A stretch of DNA of 61,713 bases, filler included, from Sluysia triapertura (GCA_046118255.1; 5 parts of 5 records of this genome joined end to end with filler, not necessarily neighbours in it), one strand, 5' to 3'. Shown: positions 24,840-38,487, numbered from the whole stretch's first letter. The notes: a model not told the origin generated them from the sequence alone. Program-made: numbers and translations.

Positions 24840-26330
24840 AAAGAATTAATGAATCCAAAGGAATTATCAGAGACAATGACAATATTAATTTCATTTTTTG
24901 AAATATAAAAATTTTATGGACATTAAAAGTTATAGCTTCAAACATGATATTTGATGAACTGTTTGCATTACGGAAGTTATAGTTATTCTCCGGTAGTGGA
25001 TTTCTAAAATAAAAGGGATCGAAGTTAAATAGTAAAGGGATACAAAAGAATGAAATTACTTTAAACTCAAAGTCATCTGTGCAGTTAATAAGTTGAGTAG
25101 TTTGAACGACATCATTATAATTCTTGTTACCTGTCGATTTGTTTTTGCTTTTGACATCATGAATAGCCTTTATGAGATTGTTTATACTTTGTACGTGACC
25201 ATGAATAACTAATTTGACTGATAGTATGGTAAAACTTGCAAGATTGTCCGAATTTACTCCATTGGCCTAGTTCATTAGATTGAAATGGGCATTGTACTGT
25301 TCTAATTAAATTATAATTCTTCTGGTTTGAAATAATTTCGATCACGAATGCGGTTGTTGAAGGATTACGATTATTTACAATGTCAGATTCATTAGGAGAA
25401 TAGTAATTAACTTCAGAAAGTTTCGTAAACTTTGAATATCTTTCTTTTACAGAATTAAATCTATACATATTACTTTAATTAAGGCAACGAGGAATACTTG
25501 GTGAAAAAGTGTAACATACATATTTGCCACTAAGTCAGAATCCATTTTAAATTATTAATTTTCTTTAACATTATGTGTAACTCGACCACAACATTATATT
25601 GCTATTAATTTTTTTCGTAAAACCGATTAAAATAGGTACAAACCGCCAAACATTTTGAGACGAAAAGACATTGTTTTTCATTAAAATTTTATATATGAAC
25701 TTGACAAAAATACAATGCCATAATGATTTAAGAAATTTCGAACTTATGTCTGATGGTAATTTATCAACTTGTACAATGTACTGATTGATATTGATTAGAT
25801 CATTTAGAGACATGATTGAAAAACTAAGAAATGAATTGTTTGCATTTGGTTTAGTTTGAGTTAGAAACTCGCACCCATCTGGAGCAGAATATGGTCTAGA
25901 GGATACATTAATTAGAGAATAAGACTGATAAGATAACATTTTATATCTTGGTTATGAATCAGTGAATTGAAAATTTAAAGGTTTTATCGGATTATGTTCG
26001 TAAACTAAAAAATCATATGAAGTGCTTGATACATTTTTGTCATTTAAATCGCATGAGTAATTAGGGTCACTATAAGCTTTGACCAAATTATCAGGTTCAT
26101 TTACTTGATTATCTAAACGAATTAGCATTTCTTGACTAATCTGTTCAATTGCCTTGGCTTTAAATTCATGCCAATTCAATACATATTTAACACTGTTGTG
26201 ATGTGATATTTGTTCAGAAAACATTTAGAGGTTGGAAATATGGAAAAGTCGTCTCAAGTATTTGACATTACAAAATTACACTGAAATATAATTAATTGCC
26301 GTATCAAAACACTTCTTTTTGATTAATTTT
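24840..26330 (-). pseudogene. Decayed ~480-aa intronless glycoprotein-like ORF
   Basis: Consecutive ORFs 25952-26224, 25571-25939 and 25157-25468, plus a downstream frame ending in hydrophobic LILSLSLIIPLDSLILM. Many N-x-S/T sites and scattered Cys. Confidence 0.45.
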
Positions 26331-26379
26331 TTAAAAGATTTTTATACAAATTATAACATTTATGAAAGCAAATGGTTTT

Positions 26380-27164
26380 GATAATTGCGTGGCTAATTGG
26401 TTTTACAATTTGTGCAGCAATTTCAATTAATTATTTTTGTGTATGTTTATTACTAGTTACTATCTTATGATTGGATGTCCAATCAGATGAAAACAACGAA
26501 ATTAAATGGTAGAATGTATAGAATGATGTATTAATTCGGTAAGCAACTGCCATCAATTGACAGTTGATAAAGTAATGTAAAAATGTTTTTAATTAAGCTG
26601 TCGATTAAAAGGTAAATGATGAACGAATAATGATTAAAATGATAATGATAATGTTAATACTAATAATGTAGATAATAATAATAAAATGTAATAATAATAA
26701 AAAGTTCTGCATAAACTTTAATGCTTTCTCACACGATCTTTTCTTTTATTTAGTTCTTTCTTAACATATAAATAAATTTAATATAAGTAAAGTTTTATTG
26801 AGCTAAGATATTTAAAATGATTAAGGAGTGTGAGTTTAAGGTTTTCCAAGGTGTCAATGATTGGGTTTGAAAGGATTGAGAACTTAAAATGTTTTGGGTT
26901 AATTTTAACATGTATAATTGATAATTTGAGATATAAATTGTGGTTCTAATGTTGTGGAATAGTGAATAAAATGTTCTAAATAAGATTTGAAATGCACATT
27001 AATGGTTTGAAAGTAAGTATAACTTTAATGTAGAGTTGTGAATTTAAAGTGTTTTGAAATGAAAATTGTTTTAATGAATATAAAATATAAAATGTTAGTA
27101 AATGAGATAGTATGAATGAAATGATTATTTTGAATTTTTTAAGTTCAAAAGGTTGGCCACCACA
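26380..27164 (-). mobile_element. Repeat module copy 6
   Basis: Ends GGTTGGCCACCACA at 27164. CATAAA..ACACGATCTT..ACATAT..AAATAAAT at 26710-26780 aligns with 10733-10810. Also has an AAT tract and a GATTGGA-TG-TCCAATC hairpin. Confidence 0.7.
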
Positions 27165-27173
27165 TACACACAC

Positions 27174-27204
<31 letters not shown>

Positions 27205-27205
<1 letters not shown>

Positions 27206-27236
27206 ACAGGGTGACCCAAAAGTAACCGAATCGCAA
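27205..27236 (+). mobile_element. Single Tc1/mariner-type TIR
   Basis: TA|CAGGGTGACCCAAAAGTAACC. No partner end was seen before the gap. Confidence 0.45.
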
Positions 27237-27655
27237 ACTTAAATAAAAATTATTAATTTATAAAATTATCCATTAAATAAAAAATATTCATTTATGCATG
27301 TATAAATATTCATAATTATTAATTAATAATTTTCTCTTATACTATATGTACTTTATTAAGCCATAAATTTATTATACAATATACAATAATTTCTAATTGT
27401 TCTTAATTATTCTACATTTTGGAAGCTTTGTTAGTTCATTGAGTGAAAATTTATTTTGAAGTTTAGAAAAGGTAAATGAATTATTGAACTTGTTGAAAAT
27501 ATCAACAAACAAATATTCAATAGATCTTGGGATTAAATTTTAGTTTTTTCAAAAAATGTCTGTTATTATTCACGAATATTGTATTTTTAAGATTGTGTTT
27601 ATTAAGCCTTTTTATTTGATCGTCTATTATGGGGATGAATGAACAATATATATAT

Positions 27656-27755
27656 NNNNNNNNNNNNNNNNNNNNNNNNNNNNNNNNNNNNNNNNNNNNT
27701 TAATTAATTAANNNNNNNNNNNNNNNNNNNNNNNNNNNNNNNNNNNNNNNNNNNN
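27656..27755. other. Assembly spacer
   Basis: 44N-TTAATTAATTAA-44N. Confidence 0.95.
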
Positions 27756-28024
27756 AGTATTTAATGAATGAATGTTACGAATTGTTTGAGCTAAATGTAG
27801 AAGTTTGTTATGTTAGAAATGATTGAGATATTAGTTGATTTGTTGTTGTATATGAGTTGATGAGGTGTTGTGATTGTCTAATGTTTTATGATGTTTGTGT
27901 TGGTGTAATTCGGAAGTAAAAGAAAGATATGATTATTATGGAAATTGCATTTTAGTTGATGTTGATTCATGAATATTAGATTTGGTATTTCGATTGAGTT
28001 TAACTATGAGTGTTGACCACTACA
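27756..28024 (-). mobile_element. Repeat module copy 7 (terminal part only)
   Basis: Ends GTTGACCACTACA at 28024 and is colinear with 18200-18440. Confidence 0.7.
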
Positions 28025-28484
28025 TCGTAAACAGATGAAATGAATAAACAAATACTAACAAGCACAAACTAATCCAACTCGATAATAACTAGAAATTGAA
28101 TGAATATGAATGTATATCTGAATTATAACATGGACAAATAAACATTAGTCATATATAGAATGAAATTCACAAACTATAGAAAGAAATGGGCTCTGTAACA
28201 AAATAAATTAATAAGAATTCATAATTAATAAATAATAATTAATTAATAATTAATTAAAGATTAATAATAAAATGATTATTAAAGAATGGAACAAAAAACG
28301 AATTGACCATAGTATATTAAAAGTATAAAAATAAAAGACAAATTAGAAATAAAGCTAATATTAATTTGAGAGTAACAGAATAAAAAAGAAAACACAAAAG
28401 AAATAAATGATAATTGATTTTTATTTGAATGTTTCTTTTTTATTCGATCGCTGATTTTAAACAATTTTTGGTTATTTGTTAAAA

Positions 28485-28590
28485 TTCCGCCTGATGCCCC
28501 GAGTGTAAATTTCACTAGATATTTTCTAGTAATATGTTACATGAAAAACAGATCTATTAATGTTATTTTATGGGTCCAATGGACTCGCAT
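28485..28590 (+). repeat. Dispersed DNA-transposon-like repeat, internally deleted relative to 58190-58495
   Basis: Shares TGTAAATT..ACT..ATTTTCTAGTAAT and TGTTATTTTATG(G/A)GTCCAATG with the 58 kb copy. Confidence 0.6.
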
Positions 28591-29117
28591 TGTATTCAAG
28601 GCATATACATACTCTTCTGGAGACGGAAGTTTAATAATCTCTGAACATTTTATAACTCTTTGACTTAATTTGTCACTTGATAATTCGAACATTATGTTTA
28701 TCAACATTTCGATTATTCTTATGATTAAAAAATCAATACTTCGGCGACACTGTTACATTAGGCAAAAGTAATTTAATCGAACATTTATTCTCATTTTAAC
28801 ATTCCTTATCATTAATAAGTAATTTTAAAATTATATAAAATTATTATTTAAAATTATTCAAGTCCCATTCTTTGATTTTGGATACTTAAAACTAACCTCC
28901 AATTTTTAGTATCATATAAATTGTAAATTATGAATCTGTAGACCGTCTTAATCCAAACACTAATTACGTAAAACATTACAAAAGCACTTAAAAATATATC
29001 TTTCCTACTTATAATTCCCAATGATTATAATTATTGATGTTTGGTAATCCAAAGATGCATTTTTGTTCATCAAAAAGTTTAAATTTTCGCTATTAATCTA
29101 ACCTCTTTTTATTTAGG

Positions 29118-31090
29118 AGACTGGATTTTGTCTCAGAACTCATGTTTATCAATGGTTAGAGCGAGAAGTGAATGTGATTCACGATATTTGTTTTCCAAAA
29201 CCATCGTCATCTGACACAGGTTATTGTAATTATATTTATAATCATAATTTCAGGTATTACCACAAGTTCTAAAACATACTATCTTACAAATGTAAATTCA
29301 GAATCCCATATTATATGGTTAAAGGTATTATTCGTATTTTTCGAATATTACATTTTTATTAACTTTCTTTATAAAATAAAGTGTAAAATTTTCTAAGAAA
29401 ATTAATGGTTGATTTGATCAAAGTACCACTTCTTCGGTTTTGAAGCGAAAAATAAATAGGCAACCATTCATAAAGTGCCGCACTGATAGGAAAAAACCCT
29501 AGTTAGACATGGCTCTTTCTAACATTTTCGGTGTTAATGGTGTGCGATCATTCAAAATTCAAGTCTGTCAAACTGAAATCATGATCTTTCGAACAGATCG
29601 AGGAGTCTGACCTTTTGTAATTAAAGGATTGTTTCGATCGTGGTCGTCTGATGCCACGGTTATCGAACCTTTTCCTCAACATAATAGAACATAATTACAA
29701 TACATACTAAACACATTTAGAATTTATATATTGTATTTTATCAAAAATAATTTCACTATCAAAAATACATATATTTTATGAAAAAATTATAAAGCACATC
29801 AATTTTTTCATTCTCATTCAATTTAATTTATAATTCGAAAGCTAAATTAAAAGTTACTTTACTTTTTTATTATTATTACTCTATAATAATTTCCATTTAT
29901 ATAAGGTAATAAATGTTTATTTATTGTTTAGAATAATTTTTTCTTTAATTTATAATCATTACTCATTCGATTTCTGTTGTATTAATTGTATTAATATTAA
30001 TATGATATTATTATTTATTTAGACCAATCAATATTTATTGTTGAGTTTATACAATTTCTGTTCCACAATCAGTCCTAGTAATGTTGGACTTGGTGCTATT
30101 AAGATTGAATTATTAATTCTGTTACAAGAATTACAAGGTACTTACAATGATGTGATACAACAATTTAAAGCACTTCCTTACGAAATCAGATTACCGTTTT
30201 TGGTATGTTCACTAACATCTGATAGTGGCATTATTTCAAATCCAATTCATCAAATTATGGTTAGAAAATTTCGTCAAATGTTTTATATATAATATATAAG
30301 GATAATTTTTAATGTTTTTTTAATTTTAAACATTTTACTTTGTGAATTCATTAAATAATAGAATAGAAATAGAATGCGAAATTTCAATGTTTCACCAACT
30401 CTGAAAAGTAACCAATGATTATTGAAGAAATTGTTAAGTACTTTTATTTTTTTACCATTTAAGTTGTATTATGATGTGTCATATGAAATATAAGAAAAGT
30501 AGAGAAACAAAACATATGGAAAGTAAAGTGCAAAGTTGAGAATTTTCATGTGCACTTTTCGGCATGTACTCAACATGTAACACTTAGTAACTGGAATTAA
30601 TGTTTAAATTACGAAATTTAATAGTTAAATACGTTTTAATAATAATTATTATAATTATTTAATATTACATTACATTTTACAGGCTAGCCTGACTGACATA
30701 TCAGACATTATAATTAGTTTTAAATTTCCACAAAATTTTCTTTCCATTCAATTGCAAACGATCCAATATTCAGAAGAAGAAATTCAAGTACAGTTAGAAG
30801 AAACGGATAAAGCACTTTACATATTGAATTTGTGTCAAAATTTAAGTGCAGCATTGTTTCAATGTCTTTCTGTATCTCAAAACAGTGACTCAATTGAAGA
30901 TAATAAAAGACAACGAAACTGTTCATTTAGTGTTCTTTATACTCCAGAATCAGATTTACGAATCCGTCATTTTAAGCAGTATAAAGAAAATGAAGAAGTT
31001 TATCCGAATTCAGAACCGAGAAAATGGCCCGGTAGTTTTAAATTATTTGTTAAAACAATTTGAAAGTATTGAAGTATGCAGTTCAATATA
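29118..31090 (+). pseudogene. Multi-exon gene or unprocessed pseudogene, product unknown
   Basis: AG/GT-bounded, phase-compatible exons at 29118-29219, 29254-29324 (34-nt intron) and 30022-30259. Later coding-like blocks (30361-30437, 30683-31090, possibly to 33.5 kb) contain stops or frameshifts. Confidence 0.45.
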
Positions 31091-33869
31091 TAAAGTAGTA
31101 TTTGGTAAATGCAATGATTGAATTAATAGTTTTAACTTATTTTTATAAATCAATTAGATCCCGATGTTCCACATTACGTACTGCATGGACATTTATATTT
31201 TCTTATAGCAGCTAAATTGCATTTCCTCTCATTTTAAAAATTTTCAAATTTCAATTTTTCAGTTCTTGTTTTGCTCTTTATAAATGTTCTTTGCTTGTAG
31301 TCTTTCTGGTTGGTTAGAAACAATAGTGAAAGTATACTACAAATGCTTTTCATTTTAAAATAGATATTTTTAACCTATTCATAGATTAGGGTCAACTATT
31401 CAAGATCTAAATAGAATAAACGATTAATTAATGTAATTAAATTTTTATTAAATATTAAAATTCTAAATTTAAAGTATTTTTTTTCATTTTTAGGTTATAC
31501 ATCTTTTATATCATTATTTGGTTTGGATAGCAAATTGTTGAATTCCAAATACGTCTTTGTTCTTACTGAAGCTTTAATAGTTATTTATGTTGGAATGCTT
31601 ATTTATTCTTTCAAAATGAACAATGCTAGTTTGATTTACCGATTAGTAAATGTGAAGTTCGACAAGTTAGTTATTTTAATTGCAACATTGCACATAAATT
31701 ATTTGTTACAATAAAATATTGTTTTAAGAATATGAAAACTATTTACAATGTTTCCAATTCATCGACTTTTTTGATGAATACAATTTTTTAATATTGTTGA
31801 TTATTGATTTTTTCAAAAAAGATTTCATAATCGAACAAGTTTTACATTTTTCAANNNNNNNNNNNNNNNNNNNNNNNNNNNNNNNNNNNNNNNNNNNNNN
31901 NNNNNNNNNNNNNNNNNNNNNNNNNNNNNNNNNNNNNNNNNNNNNNNNNNNNNNNNNNNNNNNNNNNNNNNNNNNNNNNNNNNNNNNNNNNNNNNNNNNN
32001 NNNNNNNNNNNNNNNNNNNNNNGAAATATTGGTTTTAAATAAGATCAATTATAAAATAAATTTATAGAAATATAAATATTGATAGAATTACAAATAGAAA
32101 TTCGAAGCTTTGTTGTTTTTTTTTATTCTGAGTGTTTATTCAAGTGCGAATAAAAAATGAAATGTTATTAGAAGCATATGATTAAAATTAACAAATCAAG
32201 TTTGATAATATAATTCTTTGAAAATTAATTTTTAGATATTCAATACGTTCTTTTATTTTAGATTTACTTTGCTTATTAAAATTTAAAACATAAATCTACT
32301 AAATTTTCTGATAATTCTTATAATTTAATTATTACGTTGTTAATATTGATTCAAAATTAAATGGGCATAGAAAATGTTTATTACATACTTCCAACATCCA
32401 TATTTTAAAATACAACTTTTTAATTAACAAATTCCTAAAAATTATTTCATATATTTTTGAAGGAATATTACTATTTTGACATTATAGTTTTAATTTATTA
32501 TTTATTGTTTTTGATCGTGTTTGATGCACTTTTATTTTTTGAAATCATTAATTTCACAATATAAGATTACGTGTTCGTGGATTGCAGAAGCTGGTAAAGA
32601 ACTGGATAAATAAAACATCGTAAGGTTTTTAAAGAGATACATAATTTCAAACTGCAACAGAGGACCCTATTAATGAAAAAGATGATTAAATGAACATTTG
32701 TTATAACAATTAGGAGAAAACGCTGGACATGCTTGAAGCATTTCCGAAAGATAATGACAAAGAAGAATTTAAATAAACTCTTCATTTATATTAACAATAT
32801 TTTTTCTTAATTATTGGTAATATAAAATAAATTATAAATATTGTTATCTTGGATTAAGAAGTTATATAAAAATTATATTAATTTTTAATATGCATTTTAT
32901 TTATATATGTGAAAAATGGAATAAAAAATTCATATTACACAGAACAAAATACGATCATTTATTTTTCTTAAAACATTTTCTTTGTATTGATACTTAAAAT
33001 GATACTAATGTATATATAAAAATCCTCTCATTTATTGAATAAAGTATTAAAATTTTTGAATAAGATATTTAATTTTTTATAAAACTGTAAAAGTTATTTT
33101 TACAATTTATAATATTTATCAATTATTCATACATTTCGAAAAAAGGATGTCTTTAGAAGACTTGAAAAAAAAACATCAACTGGAAAATTGTTGATACATT
33201 GGTATTATTTTAATCCACAAAACTTTTTTAATGAACTTTTTGACGAGAAGAGTTGTCTGTATGCATGAAGTTGTGTAATATTATAATTATAATTATATTC
33301 AAATAATGTATAAAATGACATTAAACTTTCAAACTGATATGATAAATTCTTTGCACAAATTGGTATAAGTAAAATTCCAAAATCTCTGAATGAAGATCGT
33401 GATATTTAATAAGTTAATATTGTTATTTTTATTTTGTACAAATTCTGTCAATACAATCAGTCTATAACTATTCTCAATAATGTGAATGTTAGTTCTGAAC
33501 TCGTCTCTGATTGCAGAGATTGGAANNNNNNNNNNNNNNNNNNNNNNNNNNNNNNNNNNNNNNNNNNNNNNNNNNNNNNNNNNNNNNNNNNNNNNNNNNN
33601 NNNNNNNNNNNNNNNNNNNNNNNNNNNNNNNNNNNNNNNNNNNNNNNNNNNNNNNTTAGAATTCCCGTACTCAAAAAGAAATTAAACTATTAATGAAATA
33701 AAATATATTTAATAAAAGACAAAATGGATAATAAATGGATAATATAACTAAAAGGAACAAAGGTAATAGTTGTTTTTATTTTTTTACTTTATTTGTAACG
33801 AGCTATGCGTGCATAAAAGATTACTAAAATATTTATGGTTGTTAAAATATTTCAAGGCTACTGAATCTT

Positions 33870-34210
33870 TAATGAATGCGTTGATATTGACCACAACAAC
33901 ACCGAATAGAGGTGTTCGTGTGCAAAAATGGGAAAATTCATTGAATTCAAACTTGGTTAAAAGTTTTTCTTTGAGATTTTTAAGTGTCACTGAAAAAGGT
34001 AAGAAAAAAAAGGAAATTGTTTTCGCTGAAATTTAAATGAAACAATCATCAGTTGGTGGTAAAACACGTTTTCGAGTAAAACTTCTAGTAACAGCGTCAC
34101 AATCTATTACGTTTGATAAAATCCGGTTAACTTTGATACGAACTCCATTGCAAAAGCAACTTTTGATATCCAAGTTTCTTAAGAGCATTGGAATAGCTCC
34201 AACTTCTTAA
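33870..34210 (-). mobile_element. Helitron-type PIF1 helicase fragment
   Basis: VGAIPMLLRNLDIKSCFCNGVRIKVNRILSNVIDC matches the PIF1/Helitron KVGAPIMLLRNLD..GLCNGTRL motif. Confidence 0.8.
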
Positions 34211-35990
34211 CAATAATTTGTAAAGTAGATCTATACTTTGACACTTTTTTGTTTTCTTCAATATTTATAGTCAATATGACACGTAGAGTTACAAACATTA
34301 CTTTGTAATATAGATTTTGATTTAATTTAATTTAAATTTGATTTAATTTGTTTTTGAGAATTTTTTAATTCGTTAGTTTAAACAATTTAAGGTTACCTTG
34401 CTTAAAAAAGGTAAACTCCAAGGTAAATTATTTAAACTGTATTAAAACATTAAACTTTGTTTATATATCTTGTATTTTATTGGGTGTTGTTTTATTCTTT
34501 TCTTTCGTGTACAGTTGAATACATTTTATTCTATAATTTTTATCATTGATTTAAATAAATTATGCTATATCGTTAATTTTATCTTCGGAATTGTGTCATC
34601 ATATATATATATATATATGAGTTTTATTATGCGAATTTAATATAAAATTGTGTAATTAACTTAAATGGTGGTCAGAATGTCGATCGAACTCTAACCTTTG
34701 AATTAAGACTATGGAACTTTCGAAGTTCAACAGAGAAAGTTCCATTTTGAAATGAACAAAATAAACAAATGAAACTATTTCTACATTTGTCAGATTTTTA
34801 GAAAATTACAGCATTTTTCTAGACGTTTTAAATTCTTACATAGTAATTTACATAAATTATTTCTTTATTGAGGTAACTTATAAACTTATACATAAATATT
34901 TCAGTGCTTATTTGATGCCAGAATTTCGATAATTAGATAACTTTAATCCAAGCAATTAAGGAAAACTTTAGAACAATCCATAACTTTGATGGATAAACAT
35001 TTTTCATTTGAATATGAGTGTAATCAATAAGTTATAAGTTTATCCAATATATCAAGAAGTATATTAATAGCACTACTGATAAATTCTTCAAATATCAATC
35101 TGTTATTCAACAGATACTTTATTTTTTATTACTAAATTTTAAAAGGTTTTTAACATGTTCTTTAACTTCATATCAGCTTTCTCATCTAAAAAATTTTCCA
35201 AATTAATAAATTCATCAATATTACTGATTTCGTAGAATTCATTTCTTTTAAAAATTCAAAAAAGCTAATCCTTAATGTTCTCTGAAATTAGCTTGTTGTA
35301 TTTTGTTTTTATTCTTTTATGTTCAGAATTATTTTACAATTTTCTACGTATTCATAATTATCAGAAATTGATCTAATTCACTTTTTTTAATAAATCAATC
35401 AATGTAAAATGAGATCCACAATTGTGGAATTCATGTATGATAAAACAACTTTTCCAAATAATATAACTTCAAATTAAACGTTAAATTTAAAACTAAAACA
35501 ACATTCCATACAGTAAATATTTAAGTATTGTTTTGCAACAAAAGATTTAACAAACCTGACAAGTGTGTAAAATCGAAGAAAGCTGTAACATCGAAAATAT
35601 TGAATTTATTTCAATGAAACTAACAAATAAAATCCAGTATAGCAATTCTTAATACCATTTAAATTAATAGTAATTTATTTTTTATTCATTGATATCTAGT
35701 TTATTATGCTTTCTAACAAATGACATGTCGTTTTCAATGTTATTGTATGCACTTTGACTAATTTAATATTATTGGATGTTATAAGATAATATTTGTTTGG
35801 TTTTCAAACTCTATGATAAAACAAAATTTAAACAAATAAAACAAAGAGTAATAAAAGTAAAGCAATAATCGTAATAAATAATTATTTTATATTAGCAAAA
35901 AGTAGAAAAAATTTAAAATGTTATGGGAAGAGATATAAGGTTTTAAATGAATCACTTCTACTACGCCAATTACGAGTTTAGTAATTTTGT

Positions 35991-36315
35991 CATTACCAAA
36001 AAATTTCAGTTTTATCCGATATATTTAATCGTTTTTAAAACTATATCAGTCGACTACGGTGCTACAACTTGAAATAGGAAATGACTGACTAAAACTAAAC
36101 CCTAAAATGCGTGCACCGACAACACAATATTTATAACCGTTTTTAAAACTATATCAGTCGACTACGGTGCTACAACTTGGAATAGGAGATGACTGACTAA
36201 AACTAAACCCTAAAATGCGTGCACCGACAACACAATATTTGTAACCGTTTTTAAGATTAAATCAGGACTAAAGTATTCTGATTTCTGCAATGTACAGTAG
36301 TGTTTTTTGGTGATG
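35991..36315. mobile_element. Non-autonomous element with internal 108-bp tandem repeats and flanking inverted repeats
   Basis: 108-bp units start at 36030 and 36138, with a partial third at 36246. They are flanked by CATTACCAAAAAA and TTTTTTGGTGATG. Confidence 0.7.
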
Positions 36316-37470
36316 GTAAATGTTTTTCATAAAACTTTTTTCATTTTTGAAAATTAAAATTATTTAAATTGTGTTCATCGTCATTATTCTTGTACCCCGA
36401 CCACACAATTAATTAATGGATACATAAGGTTTCACTTCATAACACATTAAATAGCATCTCAGAATAGCTGCCATTTCTAACCACATTTGTTTAGCCAATA
36501 TAGTTAAAACAATGCATTATTTCTAATGATTATATTATTAAGAAACGGAATATTGTTTAAAAATCTATATAGATTTCAATTTACTAGATGTAATACAAGA
36601 TTATATTGATTTTTTGATTTTTTTACGTTATAAATATATTATAAAATTTAAATGAGTATATGATCAATAAATTAAAATTTTGTTATAAATTTAAATATGC
36701 AAAATATAAATATGTATATGTATTGAATTAAAATTTTTGTATTTTTATTAAATTATTACTAAAGAATAGACTGTGTATAAATAAATAATTTTTATTATTG
36801 TATTTATTATGTTTTAGTGCTTTTACATTAAATGTTATATTGAATTATCTTTACTTCTTTATTAAAGTCATAAGTAATAGTGTACCCTGGATAATAGTAA
36901 TACTAAATTCAATTATTTCATTATATATGCTACTAATATCTACTAAAAAAATAAATACTCAAAGAAGTTTAGAATTGATCATTCATAATATTTCATAATT
37001 TTTCAATTATTTGGCATTCTTTAGTATATTTTAGTACCAGACAACTTCATTATGTTAATAAAAATAAATAATCTTATAATCATTTATTTATAATGGTATT
37101 TTATTTTAAATCTTTCATTCCATATAATCCATTATGAGTAGTTCAGTATAATCAATTTTAAAATCCATATAAATTACTCATAAAACCTAAGACAGTTACT
37201 GTATATAGTTATTAATAATTTATTCTAAGATAATTATTTAATAATATCCACAATTGTCGTATTAAATAATAATCCATTTTTATATTTGTATTTATTTAAA
37301 TAATGTATAAAATAGTTAACTTGGAAAATTTAAAAGATAAATACAATTATATATGATATTATTTTCTTATAAGCTTCCATGTTTTCAATAATTGCGAGTT
37401 TTTAAAATAACTTTGTAATTAAACCAAAATTGTGAAATTTATTTATTGTTATTTTACATCCAATTAAATT

Positions 37471-37788
37471 TTATATTAAACAATTCTTATAAAAACAATT
37501 GTAAAACCCACTTCTAACATTGGGCCAAGATCGTAGTAAATACTGAAAGAATTTGATTTCCATTTTAGTTAAATTATTAAGTTCTTTATGAATTAATGTA
37601 CTATTAGTGTTGCTATTGATATTGTTGTCTATTTTAGAATTGCTATTCAAGGCAAGAATTCTATGTTCGTATGATGGTTGTAGAAGCAAACTTGCAAAAA
37701 TTACAGCTAATTCGGACGAAGTCATTTTATTAATATCGTTTTTCTGAGTGACTCGAATTAAATGATCAACGAGGTATATCAGAGAATC
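37471..37788 (-). CDS. RhoGAP-domain protein exon (C-terminal part of the domain)
   Basis: Acceptor tttcag|GAT, then DSLIYLVDHLIRVTQKNDINKMTSSELAVIFASLLLQP, matching the RhoGAP L..HL.RV....NKMT..NLA.VF motif. The 3' end may be an internal donor near 37519. Confidence 0.75.
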   Translation of the reverse strand, partial: DSLIYLVDHLIRVTQKNDINKMTSSELAVIFASLLLQPSYEHRILALNSNSKIDNNINSNTNSTLIHKELNNLTKMEIKFFQYLLRSWPNVRSGFYNCFYKNCLI

Positions 37789-37798
37789 CTGAAATTAA

Positions 37799-37844
<46 letters not shown>

Positions 37845-38003
37845 TTACTATTTATAGATATTTAAAATCGTTACGGAAATCTGGATAGTTATTTTAATTG
37901 ACAGATTCATTTCGAACTAAAAAGATAAAAAGAAAATCGATGAAAATTTAATTTATAAAACAATCAAGCTGCATAAATAATATTATTAATAATAATTATA
38001 TTG

Positions 38004-38052
<49 letters not shown>

Positions 38053-38487
38053 AAGTAAAAGAAGCAAAGGACTATGCATGAAATAATGATAGTGAGACAG
38101 TAATAAGTATTAAATAAAGCGAAAGGAAAAAGCAAATGAAAATTGGAAACAACATTATTTGACAAATAATACATTATTAAATTATCCTGGTATATTATAA
38201 CATAAAGTAAAATAAAATCATTATTTACTTTTTGATAATATTAGTCTTACAGTTATTTAATACCATCTTAAATTTTATTTACATTTATATATATTTTTGT
38301 ATTATTATTATTGCCTCTTCTAAATCAAAATTATAATACATCAATCATTATTATATGGATTTTTTGTTAAAAATTTTAAAAATTACTATGAAGTCAAGAG
38401 AGATTTAATTTAAAAACTTAAAAATTATTAATAAATTGATAATTTGAAAATTCTTATCGCGTAGCAAAGAAAATAACGATGATTTAT

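Noticed and set aside
31794-33693. ORFs containing X runs
   Set aside because: Artefacts of the N gaps at 31855-32022 and 33526-33655.
36030-36254. CRISPR-like array
   Set aside because: Whole units repeat with no unique spacers, the context is eukaryotic, and there are no cas genes.
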